From: Perkinsus olseni
Lineage: Eukaryota
NCBI GenBank assembly: GCA_013115125.1
Contig: JABANN010000111.1
Coordinates: 1 to 64,000 of the forward strand
Reading direction: 5' to 3'
Length of the DNA stretch: 64,000 nt
Of the stretch, positions 50,404 to 61,714 are shown one piece after another. A program made the position numbers and the translations under genes. The notes under the pieces are model-generated. The model saw only the letters and a program-made list of their open reading frames with translations. It was not told where the DNA came from and did not search any database. Numbering within the stretch: position 1 is the stretch's first letter; the number at the start of each line of letters is the position of its first letter.

Positions 50404-50938
50404 CGATACCGATGAAATCGGAGAGGAGACTGTGAAGTGTTGAACGACTGCGTCAATCTTCCTCAGCAAGTTCCTTAGTCATCAGCTTATGCTCGAAGAC
50501 TCGCGAAAGCTCCTACGTTGGCGCTCTGAAATACGTCTGTGCATCCTTACCCCGTGTCCGAACGCTGCCAGCAACTTCTAACTCGGGTTCTCACGAGACC
50601 CCTAGTCGACAATGTGGGCCCTCTACCGGGCGAACTAAACTCCACCTCGCCCCTCCTCCATTGCGGTGACGTGACGTGGCTCGTGTCTGAAGGCAATTAC
50701 TTAGGATAAAGCCGATAGGCTCGAAATGACAAGCTGTTTCGACGGAATTAGTGCGAGCGGTTCGTCTGGAGGTATGGGCGAAGTCGCATACCGTCGGTAG
50801 AGCCGGGCGTGTGGGGAGATTCTACACAAAGATGCAGCAGCGGGACATAATGTCCCGGGCATTGGCTGAACAGCTAGTGCTAGTATGAGACCCTGTTTCT
50901 TCTTGCGGGTTCTTGAGTTGATTTGACTCATATACATT

Positions 50939-51335
50939 CGGGGGAAGACGGCTGCGTCTCTGCGGAGACGCGTGGGTCGCGCCGTCGGTTATCCCTTCCC
51001 GTTTCATCCACCCTCCCTAAATTAGGGACCCTAATCCCTGCAAAACTGAGTGTGGGTGAGCCCGTCACCATCCAAAGGGTGGACGGGTTGGACGTTTCTT
51101 GTGCCGTTACCATTGCGTCGCCATGGTAACAGCACCTCGCCACGATGGTGAGGTGTTTGGGTCGAATACTCGGCGGTTATGAGCCTGCAAGTCCGTGGTA
51201 ACCACGGCGTGGTTGCTCGGGTTTCGGCTGTGCCGGTTTCGGGATACCTTCTCACGGAACTGCGCTCCCCTCAGGTTCCGCCACAAGTACGCCCCACTCC
51301 CCCTCCCCACACTCAGAGGTTTCACCCGCGCGTAG
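50939..51335. ncRNA. Candidate highly structured non-coding element of unknown class
   Basis: Long-range helices CTGAGTGTGGG/CCCACACTCAG (51046-56/51306-16) and ACGCGTGGGT/ACCCGCGCGT (50968-77/51324-33) enclose many local hairpins; no credible ORF. Confidence 0.45.
51014..51035. repeat. 22-nt double-palindrome scar, 8-mer TCCCTAAT
   Basis: TCCCTAA-ATTAGGGA-CCCTAAT. Confidence 0.8.
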
Positions 51336-51389
51336 AACGTTATTGTGCCTTTTTGTACTGTTTTTTCTTTGAGTAATCCCTTGGTTTTG

Positions 51390-51411
51390 GAGTCTAGTAG
51401 ACTCAGTCTAC
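51390..51411. repeat. 22-nt double-palindrome scar, 8-mer GAGTCTAC
   Basis: GAGTCTA-GTAGACTC-AGTCTAC. Confidence 0.85.
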
Positions 51412-51748
51412 AGATGCGATGACTGTGTGATCGATGCTTCGGTAGTTATCCTACTACAGTCATGTTCTGGTCTGTTACAGATCGTTCAACTAACGTCCGG
51501 TTGGGGTCGATAACAGGCAGCGATTACGAAACCCCAGCGATAACCTGACCGTGAAGCTATGACTTACGCGACACTCGCCGGGCACCTCTGAAAAGACAAT
51601 GGAGGAAAAATACGAGTCGGGCGAAGTCGGTTGACGGCTACGACAGCTGGAGGAGATTGATATTCCCTGCGGCAGCAGCAGCAGCAGAGCCATGACGGCT
51701 CGAGTTATTCAAGTGAAGCTTTTCATCGTATCATCTGCCATGATACTA

Positions 51749-52198
51749 TCAATTTCTATTATAAGTGTCGACCTTACCGCCGGTCTTGGGCACGGTCAGG
51801 ACACTATAATCTGTCCTGATGCGCATGCCAGTGAGAAGAGTTTTGTCATAGCTGCCATGAGAATCACGGATGAGAGGTAGACAACCGTTGTTGAGAGTAA
51901 TCTCAATCAACCTTCCACCCTGCTTCGCAGTGTAACCACAGGCATACGATGGATGGGGCAGGCTTTGGGGTGATGCGCGGTAGAAGGCAACAGTGCCGCC
52001 CAAGGTCTTGTCAAAATGTACGCCTATAACCGGAGTATTATCTCTGTTGTAGTAGCCTTCGTCGAATGGGTAGAGTCTCCTTCCAGTAGTATTTGAGGGG
52101 ACCCTCTGCGGAGTATCGATACTACCGGTAGCAACACCACCCACGAGGGTGATGATGAGCAGCAGCAGCAGCAGCACCGCAGTGCGAATGAACAGCAT
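51749..52198 (-). CDS. Small secreted hypothetical protein
   Basis: 149-aa intronless ORF with ATG, a strong signal peptide (AVLLLLLLIITLVGG) and two Cys. Confidence 0.7.
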   Translation of the reverse strand: MLFIRTAVLLLLLLIITLVGGVATGSIDTPQRVPSNTTGRRLYPFDEGYYNRDNTPVIGVHFDKTLGGTVAFYRASPQSLPHPSYACGYTAKQGGRLIEITLNNGCLPLIRDSHGSYDKTLLTGMRIRTDYSVLTVPKTGGKVDTYNRN

Positions 52199-52598
52199 TT
52201 TGACAACAAGAAATCCTTATCCACGATATTGACTATACGTCCAGACTGGAAGCTATTCAATCTGGTTAGTAAGCATGGATCACACTTGCCTTAGGCAAGT
52301 TGCATACACTAGTCAGTGATAGTCAATTCTCGTTAACACGAGTACTTGTGAAAAGAAGACCTCGAAGGCCTCGCGGGGTCGTTCCACTAATATGGAAGTG
52401 TGAGGCGGTTGATGTGCAACTCGACACTTGTAGCCGATCATCGGCTGGCGATGTGAGGCAAAAGAAAGAACGATCTCAGGAGTTTGGCTCTTCATCCGCT
52501 ACATCAAAATCGAACGCATCGCGTGTGCGCAGTGCGAGTCTCGCACGCAAGAGCTTGTGTGCCACCTCGGTGCGCCAATAACGGCTGAACGATACGGT

Positions 52599-52620
52599 CA
52601 CCCTTTAAGGGTGACCCTTA
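52599..52620. repeat. 22-nt double-palindrome scar, 8-mer CACCCTTA
   Basis: CACCCTT-TAAGGGTG-ACCCTTA. Confidence 0.85.
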
Positions 52621-53107
52621 CCGGGTGAACCTCCAAGAAAGACGGCAACAAACGGTGACGAAATAGGACGTATAGGTTACAATTCCTCAATAACGCACCT
52701 GATTCCGTGAAGAAAAGGACATTAATCGAGAGGGCGTCAGGGGACAATGATGCAAAGTCTGCCGCACGGTTTTCCGCCTCTTGTCCGCATTGCAGTCTGG
52801 GATCTGTCGTAATCTTCGTACAGTACGAATCGTACTCGTACGTGGAACACGAGGCCAAGGGAAGCTTGTGAGAGGGATCTTGAAATATAGCTCATGCCCT
52901 GACTACTTTGCAGGCATAAACATAGAGGGAGCTAACATGTTGCCCATTATCCGACATGATGCAGAGCAGGCAGTGCATGACCGAGTGGCGCGCCAATGCC
53001 GTTGGCCCAGCGCCGCCAACATCTAGGCGAAAGCTTCCTTTCCGCTAGTTGTCCGCTGTGAGAGATCCTTCAGTCTAACACGGCTCTCTCAGTAAGCACA
53101 CTAGTCA

Positions 53108-53129
53108 GACTCTGTCAGAGTCACTCTGA
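53108..53129. repeat. 22-nt double-palindrome scar, 8-mer GACTCTGA
   Basis: GACTCTG-TCAGAGTC-ACTCTGA. Confidence 0.85.
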
Positions 53130-55299
53130 CCGTCAGAAGCTTGTCAAGTCTTCCTAATGAATGATGACTGTCCGTGAATGATATAGCGGCTATATTATAG
53201 CCCCGCTGCCGAAGTATTCCGGATCGATACTCCGTTTGAGCACGTCTGAGCATTGGATAGTAGTGGATACGCGGAGGTATGTGCAGCTTTAGATACTAAA
53301 AGGCGATATTAACCAGAAACAAGAAAATTGAGTGCGACCAGGGCTTCAGCTAGGAGTATAAATGTACGCCTTAAGACGTATGAATTCCCGATCTCTCAAA
53401 TCCGAGGCGTGCGGGATGTAACGTTCTGATGGGCGTATCATCGTACGCCTCTGAGCGTACAAGTTACCCTTGCCGCACTAGATCAAACTTCCGCTGCGAA
53501 ACTCTCGCAGCGTCTCGGACAATTGGTTCCTTTAAGAATCTTTCCTACGTTTCCGTATGGCGACCATGGCGAAATTGAAGAATTCGAAATCTCGGACTGA
53601 ATCCGTTCTGCTGAGCTCAGCGCTTTCCGAAGTTCGGAGTCCGAACCAATTGTTCTGCTCTTCTGCTGGTGAAGAACGAAGCACTGCAGGCGGATGCTGC
53701 AGGAGCTGTACGAGCGGCAGACTGCCGTCGGCGGCCCCACGCAAGGTGAAAGGGAATGCAATCTCATCGGAGTGGCCGAAGCCTAAGGAAACATCGTGCT
53801 TCCTCAGAAGAATAAATTTCAGAGGGTGGGCGCAAACTATCATCCGGGTGCTGAGAGGAAAACCGTCAATTGCGAGCGAGAATCCAAATCCCAATGGGAG
53901 AAGTTATCTAGATTGAAGCTGCTAATGGCAGCCTGTTACCGGGTGTCAACTGTTGTACGGGTGCAGAGTAATCACTGCAGAGTAAAATTAAAGGTTTGTC
54001 GCTTGCCTGCCTGAGGGTGGCGAGAATCGTCTCTTAAAATTGGAAAATCTCTGAAGAACATGATCTATCCTCTTAGCACGCAGAGTGCATGACAAATGCG
54101 GCGTCCTGCTTGTTCCGACATCATAGTACTAGAAAGAGGTGATGGCCACATGACTAGGCTAGTCCAGAAACCGGTGCAACCCTTACTGCTGGGTATCATT
54201 TGGGCGGATTTCCGATTTCCAGTGGGAGCGAGAGATTCGCTCGACCCACTTGTGATCTGGATAGCTCTCAATGTTCCGTTGTCGCCGACTCTCCTCGCTG
54301 CGGCTGAGCAGCAAGGGTTCACTGTGGCGCGGGGAGCCCGAACCAGTTCCGGCGATTCGCCTCGACCCGGGTGTCCACTACGAATCGTAGTCTACGATTT
54401 TGTATCCACGAAACGTACGAAACTAACACATTTCAAACTGGACCGACACCCAACACGACACAGTGAAATTATGCATGGGAAAACCTTCAGCCCGTACGCC
54501 AGGAGCGTGGGGGAAGTTTTCCGATTGATTGTGAATGATCTCATTCGGACGCACGGGCCTGGGCTTGGCATCCGAGGCCAACAGAGACAGCCAATACAAG
54601 CTCCGTAGCGCAGGCCGTGGACACGATGTCGAGAAATGGTGGAGGTGTGGTAGGAGCTCGCGGCGAGCAGAGGGAGCCTAAGAGACCAGGGCGGTGTGGG
54701 TGGGTGCGAAAAACGAATGTTGGTTGAGAACTACAGCCGTCTACACTATCCTGCGGCAACGAGGGAGTAATGAAACGGCGAGAAAGATGTGGGGGCGCGC
54801 TCCCGTGGCATGCTAGTCACTTCGTGTGCGAACACACGCCGAGATGTAATCATACCATTTACAAAATTCTTCGGCGGAGAGTTGAGCTCGTGCCAGCGTC
54901 GCTGGCCCAGCGAAAACGAGTCCGATGAGTTTCTGAATCGGTACGTCTTCATCACATATATGAGATGCTTTCAGTTTTACCAAGTGCGTCGTTCGTCTGC
55001 GGAAGTGTCAACTCGCAGTGTCGAGTCGAAGATCTCGTCAGCAGATTTCCCAAGCCGACAACTTCTCATCATCACCCGGTTTCACTGTCTCGAACAATCC
55101 ACCCCATTCCCCAGCTCAACAACCCCGACGGTTGAAGCTGGTGGACGGAGAAGTCGGATGGTTCGCGAGTGGTGGCTGCCAGCCACTGGATGGTACTCGC
55201 TACCGATCCGAGGTGATTATGTGATACGCCAGCAGGTCTGTCTTAAGTGGCCTCCGAAGCTCGGGCCTGGCGCGTGGCTGCGATTACCCGATGCGCCTT

Positions 55300-55650
55300 G
55301 TCTCCAATGCTCATACGCTTCCGACAATCGGCAGGTTCTCAGTGGGACCACCGGGTGTACCCCAGGCGGGTGGGAGATGCCGCTGTTGAGTGCCGAATTC
55401 CCCCCTCGACGGGCACCCCGCGCCTCAGCCCAGGCTGACATGACGACTCTGTTTCCGAGTAACGGAGGTGTCCTGGCACCGGTCTGTTTTGCGGCAGTCA
55501 CCTGGCGCATGGGATATCGGCTCCAGGCGCTCACTGGCCCATACAGGATACGGGTTGCCATCTACGCTGATGACATTTGCGCCAAAACGTACGACATTCT
55601 TTCCGATACGACTAGAATGAATTCAGCGATTCATGTGATGGGTAAATATG
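55300..55650 (+). mobile_element. Non-LTR reverse transcriptase fragment
   Basis: TTGCTPGGWEMPLL (motif B-like) followed in frame by RVAIYADDI. Confidence 0.6.
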
Positions 55651-55669
55651 GAGCTTCGTCACGTAGACT

Positions 55670-55691
55670 ACGTGAGTCTCACGTCGTGAGA
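55670..55691. repeat. 22-nt double-palindrome scar, 8-mer ACGTGAGA
   Basis: ACGTGAG-TCTCACGT-CGTGAGA. Confidence 0.85.
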
Positions 55692-55900
55692 TAGCGGTAC
55701 CCCCACCAACAGTAGATCATGAGATGCGATGCACCCACACGTTCTCCCCAAAGTCCTCTCCACTCCGATGTCACCAATTCACTTTGAGCCCCGTCACAGA
55801 TAGCTACAGTCAAGGACACTAGGTCAGTGTGGCACACTGTATTGGGTTATAGTAGAGTACACTACTGCGAATTTAGGCGCTCAAAGAATAAATGTGGGTT

Positions 55901-55922
55901 GACCTCGTCGAGGTCACCTCGA
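55901..55922. repeat. 22-nt double-palindrome scar, 8-mer GACCTCGA
   Basis: GACCTCG-TCGAGGTC-ACCTCGA. Confidence 0.85.
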
Positions 55923-56682
55923 GATTCATTAAACTCAGCAGCAATGGAGCAAATTATCAGTGTAGTGCGGCGGAGGGGCCATCCAGTTGAGTCATGAGGC
56001 CTAGGTAACGAGAGCAACAGCGCCGCTCAACAACGCCGGCTAACACAGCAGTGAGGGGTCAGGGTCGTAGTTTATATGTGACCAACTGATATCCCTATAA
56101 CGGTGAGCGAGAATATCCGGAATGCCACATCTTGTCTAGCTCAGCGCTGTCCCCGTCCGCCAACGAGCTAGCTCCCGCACAGAGTGGCCATGAAAATCTC
56201 TAACATCGAGCACCTTGTGAACCTACCGAACGCAAGATTCCGTTCGGGAGTGGGATTCCCACTGTGGGAAGCTTTCACATAAGGCTCGAGTTGGAGCCTG
56301 CTGAGGAGGCAGCATTCGCGTCCTCGGTCCAGTTCAAGCTGGTCTTTCCATGCAGTAGAGGGACAGAGGGGAGACAACACGAACGAGTCAGCACGCGATA
56401 TCTCGGCCCGATGCCGCCTCTGTCGATACGCAGTTGGGATGCTAGGGGCATCAGTCGCCATGTCCTAGTACACGCTACTTTCTAGGACACGGCGACTTGC
56501 CGTCGGCGAGTGAAGTAGGCGTGAATGAAGGAGGATCGGATAATCCGATATACTTCTCGAAGAGAGTCTCCACTTCTTGAAGAAGTATATCGGATTATCT
56601 CCACTGGAGAGTGCCTGGTCATGGTAACCAGTTGGTAACCTCGTTCCTGTGCAAATTTCAGTTAATAAAATCACACGGCTGA

Positions 56683-57072
56683 ATGCGCACCCTCTTCGGC
56701 GCCATTGTTCTCCTCGTTGCTCACGCCATACTCCAGGCTGGGCCACCATCAGGCAGCTACTGTGGGTCCCCGGATATACCATCTAAGGGTAAGGGTACAG
56801 TCAAGATAAGTGTTGGAAGTGGAACAGCCTTCGACATCTCGGCTTCGTGGACTCCCACTGGTGGTACAGAAAAGAGCGGCAGTGAGGCCGGTGTTCCCTA
56901 CAAGTACGACGCTTCGACCGGAGACGTTACGGTCACCGACACCAGCAAGCTGCAGGACCTGATCACCCAAGTCGGTGCCCCTTTGAAGGCTTCTGACCTC
57001 GCCAAGCTCCACTATGACGGCAAGGACCTCCACGTCGTGAATCTGCTCGACTTCGCTCTGACACCATGTTAA
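56683..57072 (+). CDS. Small secreted hypothetical protein
   Basis: 129-aa intronless ORF with a signal peptide, PSGSYCG near the N-terminus and a terminal Cys (possible disulfide). Confidence 0.8.
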   Translation: MRTLFGAIVLLVAHAILQAGPPSGSYCGSPDIPSKGKGTVKISVGSGTAFDISASWTPTGGTEKSGSEAGVPYKYDASTGDVTVTDTSKLQDLITQVGAPLKASDLAKLHYDGKDLHVVNLLDFALTPC

Positions 57073-58301
57073 TTGTCTGGGGGCGACCCTCAATGTCCGG
57101 CCATATCTTCTTGATCATATATCGTTCGGGCTCGCGGTCGGTATGAGCGGTCAACTACTGCAGAAGAATCGGCCCTCTAGCGCGATCTCCCCCAAGTAGC
57201 AGCTTTTGGCCTCCTTGTACACTCTGCCGACGGCGCAGGCCGCCCAATGTCTTTGGCGAAACCTTCTCCATAATCACCGTTTGTTGATCATTCCCATTCC
57301 CGCTATGACGTTGTTTATACTTATCTTTCAGAAGCCGTGATGTTGATGGACCTGATACCACAATCTAGGTTGTGACGTTCGTCTCAATGGGCCAAGTCTT
57401 TTTCATCGAATTGAGTTGATGTTCGCCTTGTCAATAGCCTGGCCGAGAAAACTGATCTCCGAAGTCGTCTGCCCAGCGTTTTGTGAGGAACATATGAGCT
57501 TAGGTCAGTCAGGAGATCGAAAGAGAAAGAACTTGAGCGACATCAACTGTCCCGCACGGGACAATCCGCAATCGGCGATAAACCTACAGGGCAATCGCCG
57601 ATTGCTTTGTGCTGAAATAAAATTGTATAAAAATGGCCGCTCGATCGTATGATGAAACATCTACTGCTGCTACTGCCGGGATGCCAGGGGTCATTGCCAT
57701 CAACGAATCGTCCTTTTTCAACTCTCTCCTCCCCGGGGTCGCTTTCAATCGATAAATCCTTAGGGCTAGGCCTGGTAGATTTTAGCTTCATTAGGAGTCC
57801 TGTTGGGTAGGCACATCACCTACAATCATCACTTCAACGCTCACCTCTACGGAGTGACGGACGAGCGTCTCTGCGTTGGTGACATCGGGATGCCCAAGTG
57901 TGAGGAGGTCGATTGGGATACTGGTGTTTGCTCTGGGCCAGGCGTCCCCGAGGGCTATCCCGAAATCGTAAGTTGAAGAGCATAACAGGGGCGGCCCCTG
58001 AGGGGCCGGTTTGATTCTCACCAGGTGCTGTGCTTGGATGGGTTGCAGTACTCTCTCTCTCTCTCTCGCTCACGGCCGCTGTTCGGCCAGGTGACTCTGC
58101 AGAGCCTCGGAGGATTCGACAGAGTTCATAAGGTCAACAATGGAAGTATAAAGAGGCTGACCAGGCCTTGATAAGGAATGTGACGGCCAGTAGGCCTTAG
58201 TCTGCAAACGATACATAGTACAAGACAATCAGTGTTATTGTCGGACCAGAGTAAAAATGTCTTCATTATTCGATAATACAACAGTAGATAATAGTACAAT
58301 G

Positions 58302-60600
58302 TTTTTTCTTTTTTCTTTTTTTTTACAACAACTTCCTCCGGCCGCGGAGAGGCGGTACATCACAGGCCAGTCGAATCCGACGCTCCCATACTGTCCGGTT
58401 TTTAGCATCACTGCCTCTCAGGCCTACATCATTCATATCTTGTTTCACCAGTTCGATCCATGTCTGTCGGGGCCTGCCGGCTCTTCTGGAACTGCTTGAG
58501 TGAATGCGCGGGTTCCAGTTCAAGAGTCTGTTGACGATGTGGTCATCACGTGCTCTCAATAGGTGACCATGTCATCTCAATCTCCTCGCGCGTAATACGT
58601 CTTCGCGTGCAGGCGAACGTGTCCTCACATAGAGCTCACGTGATGATAGCCTAGTCATTGGAGCCACGCCCAGGACTCGCCTCAGACATATATGGTAAAA
58701 CGTTCTGTACATCTGTTCCTCTTCCTTATTGATCGCTAGTGCTTCCGAACCATGGAATAGTGAAGCAAATACCACAGATCTCATGATTATTATCTTTCCA
58801 TCCAGTCCGATATCATGGGACTTCCATATGTCCCGGAGTTTGTGTAGGGCTGCACGTGCTGTACGAATTCTGTCTTTTACCGCTCCTCCGTATCCGGGCG
58901 CATCTGTTATCAAGACTCCCAACTGCCCAAACTTCTTAACCACATCGACTCGTCCATGGGATGTCGGTTGCTCGCAGTTAATTAGGAGCCTCTTAGTTTC
59001 ACAGCCGGTGCTCCCAATACCAAGTGTAAGGTTGGCAGGCTGACCTTCAATCTCAAGAGCCCTGAGCACTTTTTCGCTGTCTTCGATACTTTCTGATGGA
59101 GCTGTGACGTCATCTGCAAAGCATATACATCCAATTGGTTCCTGTAATATGGCGGACTTGCTGCGGATCGAGTATATCGGCGGTGGTGGTAGTCTTCCTT
59201 AGTAAGTCGAAATCCATGACCAGCAGATATGATGCTACGGCGAAGGACTTCGTCTAATGATGTTACGAGGATGATTGGGCTCCATACATCTCCCTGCTTG
59301 ACCCCGGAAGAGAGCTTCACTTCACATTTTTCGCCGCCAAGTGTGAGACAGGCAACTGCTTCGTTATAGCTCTGCTCTATTATCCTCAAGTATTTGGGGT
59401 GTAGGTCGGCTGCTTGCAGGCATTTCATCATATATTATATATGGCGATCTAGCTTGTCAAAAGCTCGTTGCCAGTCAGGTACCAATAGGCAAAGTGGCCT
59501 TCCGTGTGCCAGGCAACCATCACGTAGAATGTTTGTTGCGTGGACGACTTCTGTAGTGGATTGGGATTTCCGGAAACCGCACTGTGAGTGATGTAGCCGC
59601 GAATCTAGGTGCTCACTTATGCGTTCTAAGACCACCGCTGAGTACACTTTTGCCGCCGATACCTGTGCCATGACTGTCTTATATGAGCCCACCTCATTTG
59701 GGGGTTTGCCAGCCTTCTTGATGAGCGTCACTTTGCTCCTTAGCCATTCTCTTGCGTCCTTGTCACTGTGAGAGACAGTAACGTTTTCTGCCGAGTAGAG
59801 TTTCTGGATGTAGGTGGCAAAATCCTTTGCTCTGAGGTGCTCCGGTATAGCAGTTTTACATCCTTTGACGTCTAGCTCCCGACGTAGTATGGTCCATATC
59901 GATCGTTGGTAATACAGTGATGAGTTTTTGATGTCACCAACGGCCTTCCGGAAGGCAGTCTGCCTTAGGCAGATCGCCGTTCCTGTCTCACTCTTGCTCT
60001 TGAGGGTCTTACACCTGGCTTCAAGTTGTTGCTTCGTTCTCGGTAGCCTGCGTTGCTCCGGCTCGAGTGACTGCTGTTTTGCAAGCTACCGTCAGACACT
60101 GTTCCAGCATGGTGACGCTTCCAGTGAAATTGGTCGATTCAGCCGCTATCACTCTCGAGGTACTGGGACAAGGTGCCCGTCCATACGAGCGTAGATCCCC
60201 TACGGCTCCTGAAGTTCTGCTCCGCCCGCAAGCTTCTTCCTGTTGTGGCCACATCCTCAGGAGTCGGGAAGCAAGGGACCGATCCTTTGCCGGCCGTCAA
60301 GAACATCAACTTTCGAAGCGCAGGGTGAGTCGGTGGAATCGGCTGTCTCGTGCAAATGACTCGTGGATTGCTCTCGGGTGTTTGCGAGTTTATAGTCCAA
60401 CGCTTACGGTTTCGGCTTAGTCAAACTCTTGCCGGCGTGCTCAGTTAGGGACTCTCTGCAACGTTGATATGGACTGAAATCAAGCGGTGGTCAGATTTTT
60501 GCTATAGCCGATCTCAGCACAGCTGACATTTCGAGAGCCTCTCGAATGCTTTGTGTGACGAAGTTCGTGACGAGAGAGTTCGGATTGGCTTTGCTCATCC
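58302..60600 (-). mobile_element. RTE-like LINE, 5'-truncated and frameshifted, with an A-rich tail
   Basis: SDHRLI (end of APE), QCGFRKSQST, DWQRAFDKL, SGVKQGDVWSP, ICFADD (~59108-59125), FYHICLRRVLGV and RRAGRPRQTW..W; stop codon followed by A9GA6GA6 on the minus strand. Confidence 0.9.
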
Positions 60601-60645
60601 GATGACCTCCTCAGGAGGTCCTCCTGCCATGGTGCATGCTATCAG

Positions 60646-60875
60646 GTATAGAGGAGTGATGGTTGTGGTTGGTAGTGAGGCCCATGGCCCATCAGCAGAG
60701 CTCCTCGAGTGCTGTACGAGAGTGACTTCACCGATGTCAATGGTGAGGAGTGATGCCGACGATCGTGACTGTGGCTCCTCAGGCCGCTGACTCCCTAAAT
60801 GCCTCCATAGCTGGCGGTGTGCTGCTATATGACATCGCTCTACGTCTCCAGACGGAGGAAGGCCTCGGCCAATAG
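60646..60875 (+). pseudogene. 3' fragment of the SpoU/TrmH RNA methyltransferase, copy 2
   Basis: Near-identical to 49551-49780. Confidence 0.8.
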
Positions 60876-61153
60876 CATGTTTCTGATAAGTTTCTGATCT
60901 TGCTGGATACAGTTGTTACTCGGGCTGGTCACTGAAAGTATTTTTTGTCGAGCTGAGCAAGGTAAGAGTTATCGTGACGGAGTCGATACCGATGGAATCA
61001 GAAACGGCTGCTCCTCGACATACTCGAATAATTGAACAGTACAGAGTATCTTCGGAATTATTCAATCATCACCCTATCCTCGAAGACTCTAGTTGGCGCT
61101 CTGAGATAGGTCTCTGTATCCTCACACCGTGTCCAGGAGGTAATAGCATCACG

Positions 61154-61439
61154 ACCACCAAAATGGCATAATGGGGAGAGTGAGTGGTTGACACGCATTC
61201 CCCCCCAGGTTCGAATCTTGGTGGGTGCACCTCGGTGCGAAAAGCGGGCCTGCAGTCCAATTACCCCCGCCGCAAGGCAGGTGGCCCGGGCAGCACTGCC
61301 TTGCGATAGGGTTGACAAAAAGCGGTCTAACCGTCGGTGTCACCGACTCGGTGACCACAACGGTCACTGCGACCTGTGGTCGGCTGGACTACAGCCCTGG
61401 TACTGATCGTATGATCACACCTGGCCTGAAGCAAAAAAA
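61154..61439 (+). mobile_element. tRNA(Val-like)-headed SINE with an A-tail and a 9-bp TSD
   Basis: A-box TGGCATAATGG (61164); loop TTGACAC; T-arm CCAGG-TTCGAAT-CTTGG (61205); structured body; A8 tail; flanking direct repeat AGCATCACG at 61145-61153 and 61440-61448; partial second copy ~49945-50065. Confidence 0.75.
61333..61354. repeat. 22-nt double-palindrome scar, 8-mer GTCGGTGA, with an empty-site paralog
   Basis: GTCGGTG-TCACCGAC-TCGGTGA; the paralog at 49984-49991 has a single GTCGGTGA in the same context. Confidence 0.92.
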
Positions 61440-61685
61440 AGCATCACGGTGATACGAACGCTGTCAGCAACTCCTAACTGGGTATTTGACGAGATCCCTA
61501 GTCGAGCATGCGAGCCCTCTGCCTGGCCCCCGTCCGAAGGCAATTGCTTGGGCGTGAAATGACGAGCTGTTCCGACGGAGATAGTGCGAGCGGGTCGGTC
61601 CCTCGTGAAACGTAATGGTGCCATTCGGCACTGATTATTCTCTAAGTAATCCCTTAGACACTACAGAAGTCACTTCTGTCGACCC

Positions 61686-61714
61686 CGGTCATCACTTCTG
61701 AGAAGTGATGACCG
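61686..61714. repeat. Perfect 14-bp inverted repeat with a 1-nt centre
   Basis: CGGTCATCACTTCT-G-AGAAGTGATGACCG. Confidence 0.9.

Noticed and set aside
51011-51039. Telomere-like CCCTAA/TTAGGG cluster read as a template-boundary hairpin or telomere fusion
   Set aside because: It fits the 7+8+7 scar exactly (8-mer TCCCTAAT), so the hairpin needs no telomere explanation.
54789-55694. 301-aa ORF as a real gene
   Set aside because: Non-ATG start; it is a chance fusion of a duplicated repeat block and an RT fragment.
61270-61305. CAGG..AGCA hairpin resembling SRP RNA helix 8
   Set aside because: No GNRA tetraloop or Alu domain; the TSD and A-tail favour a SINE.
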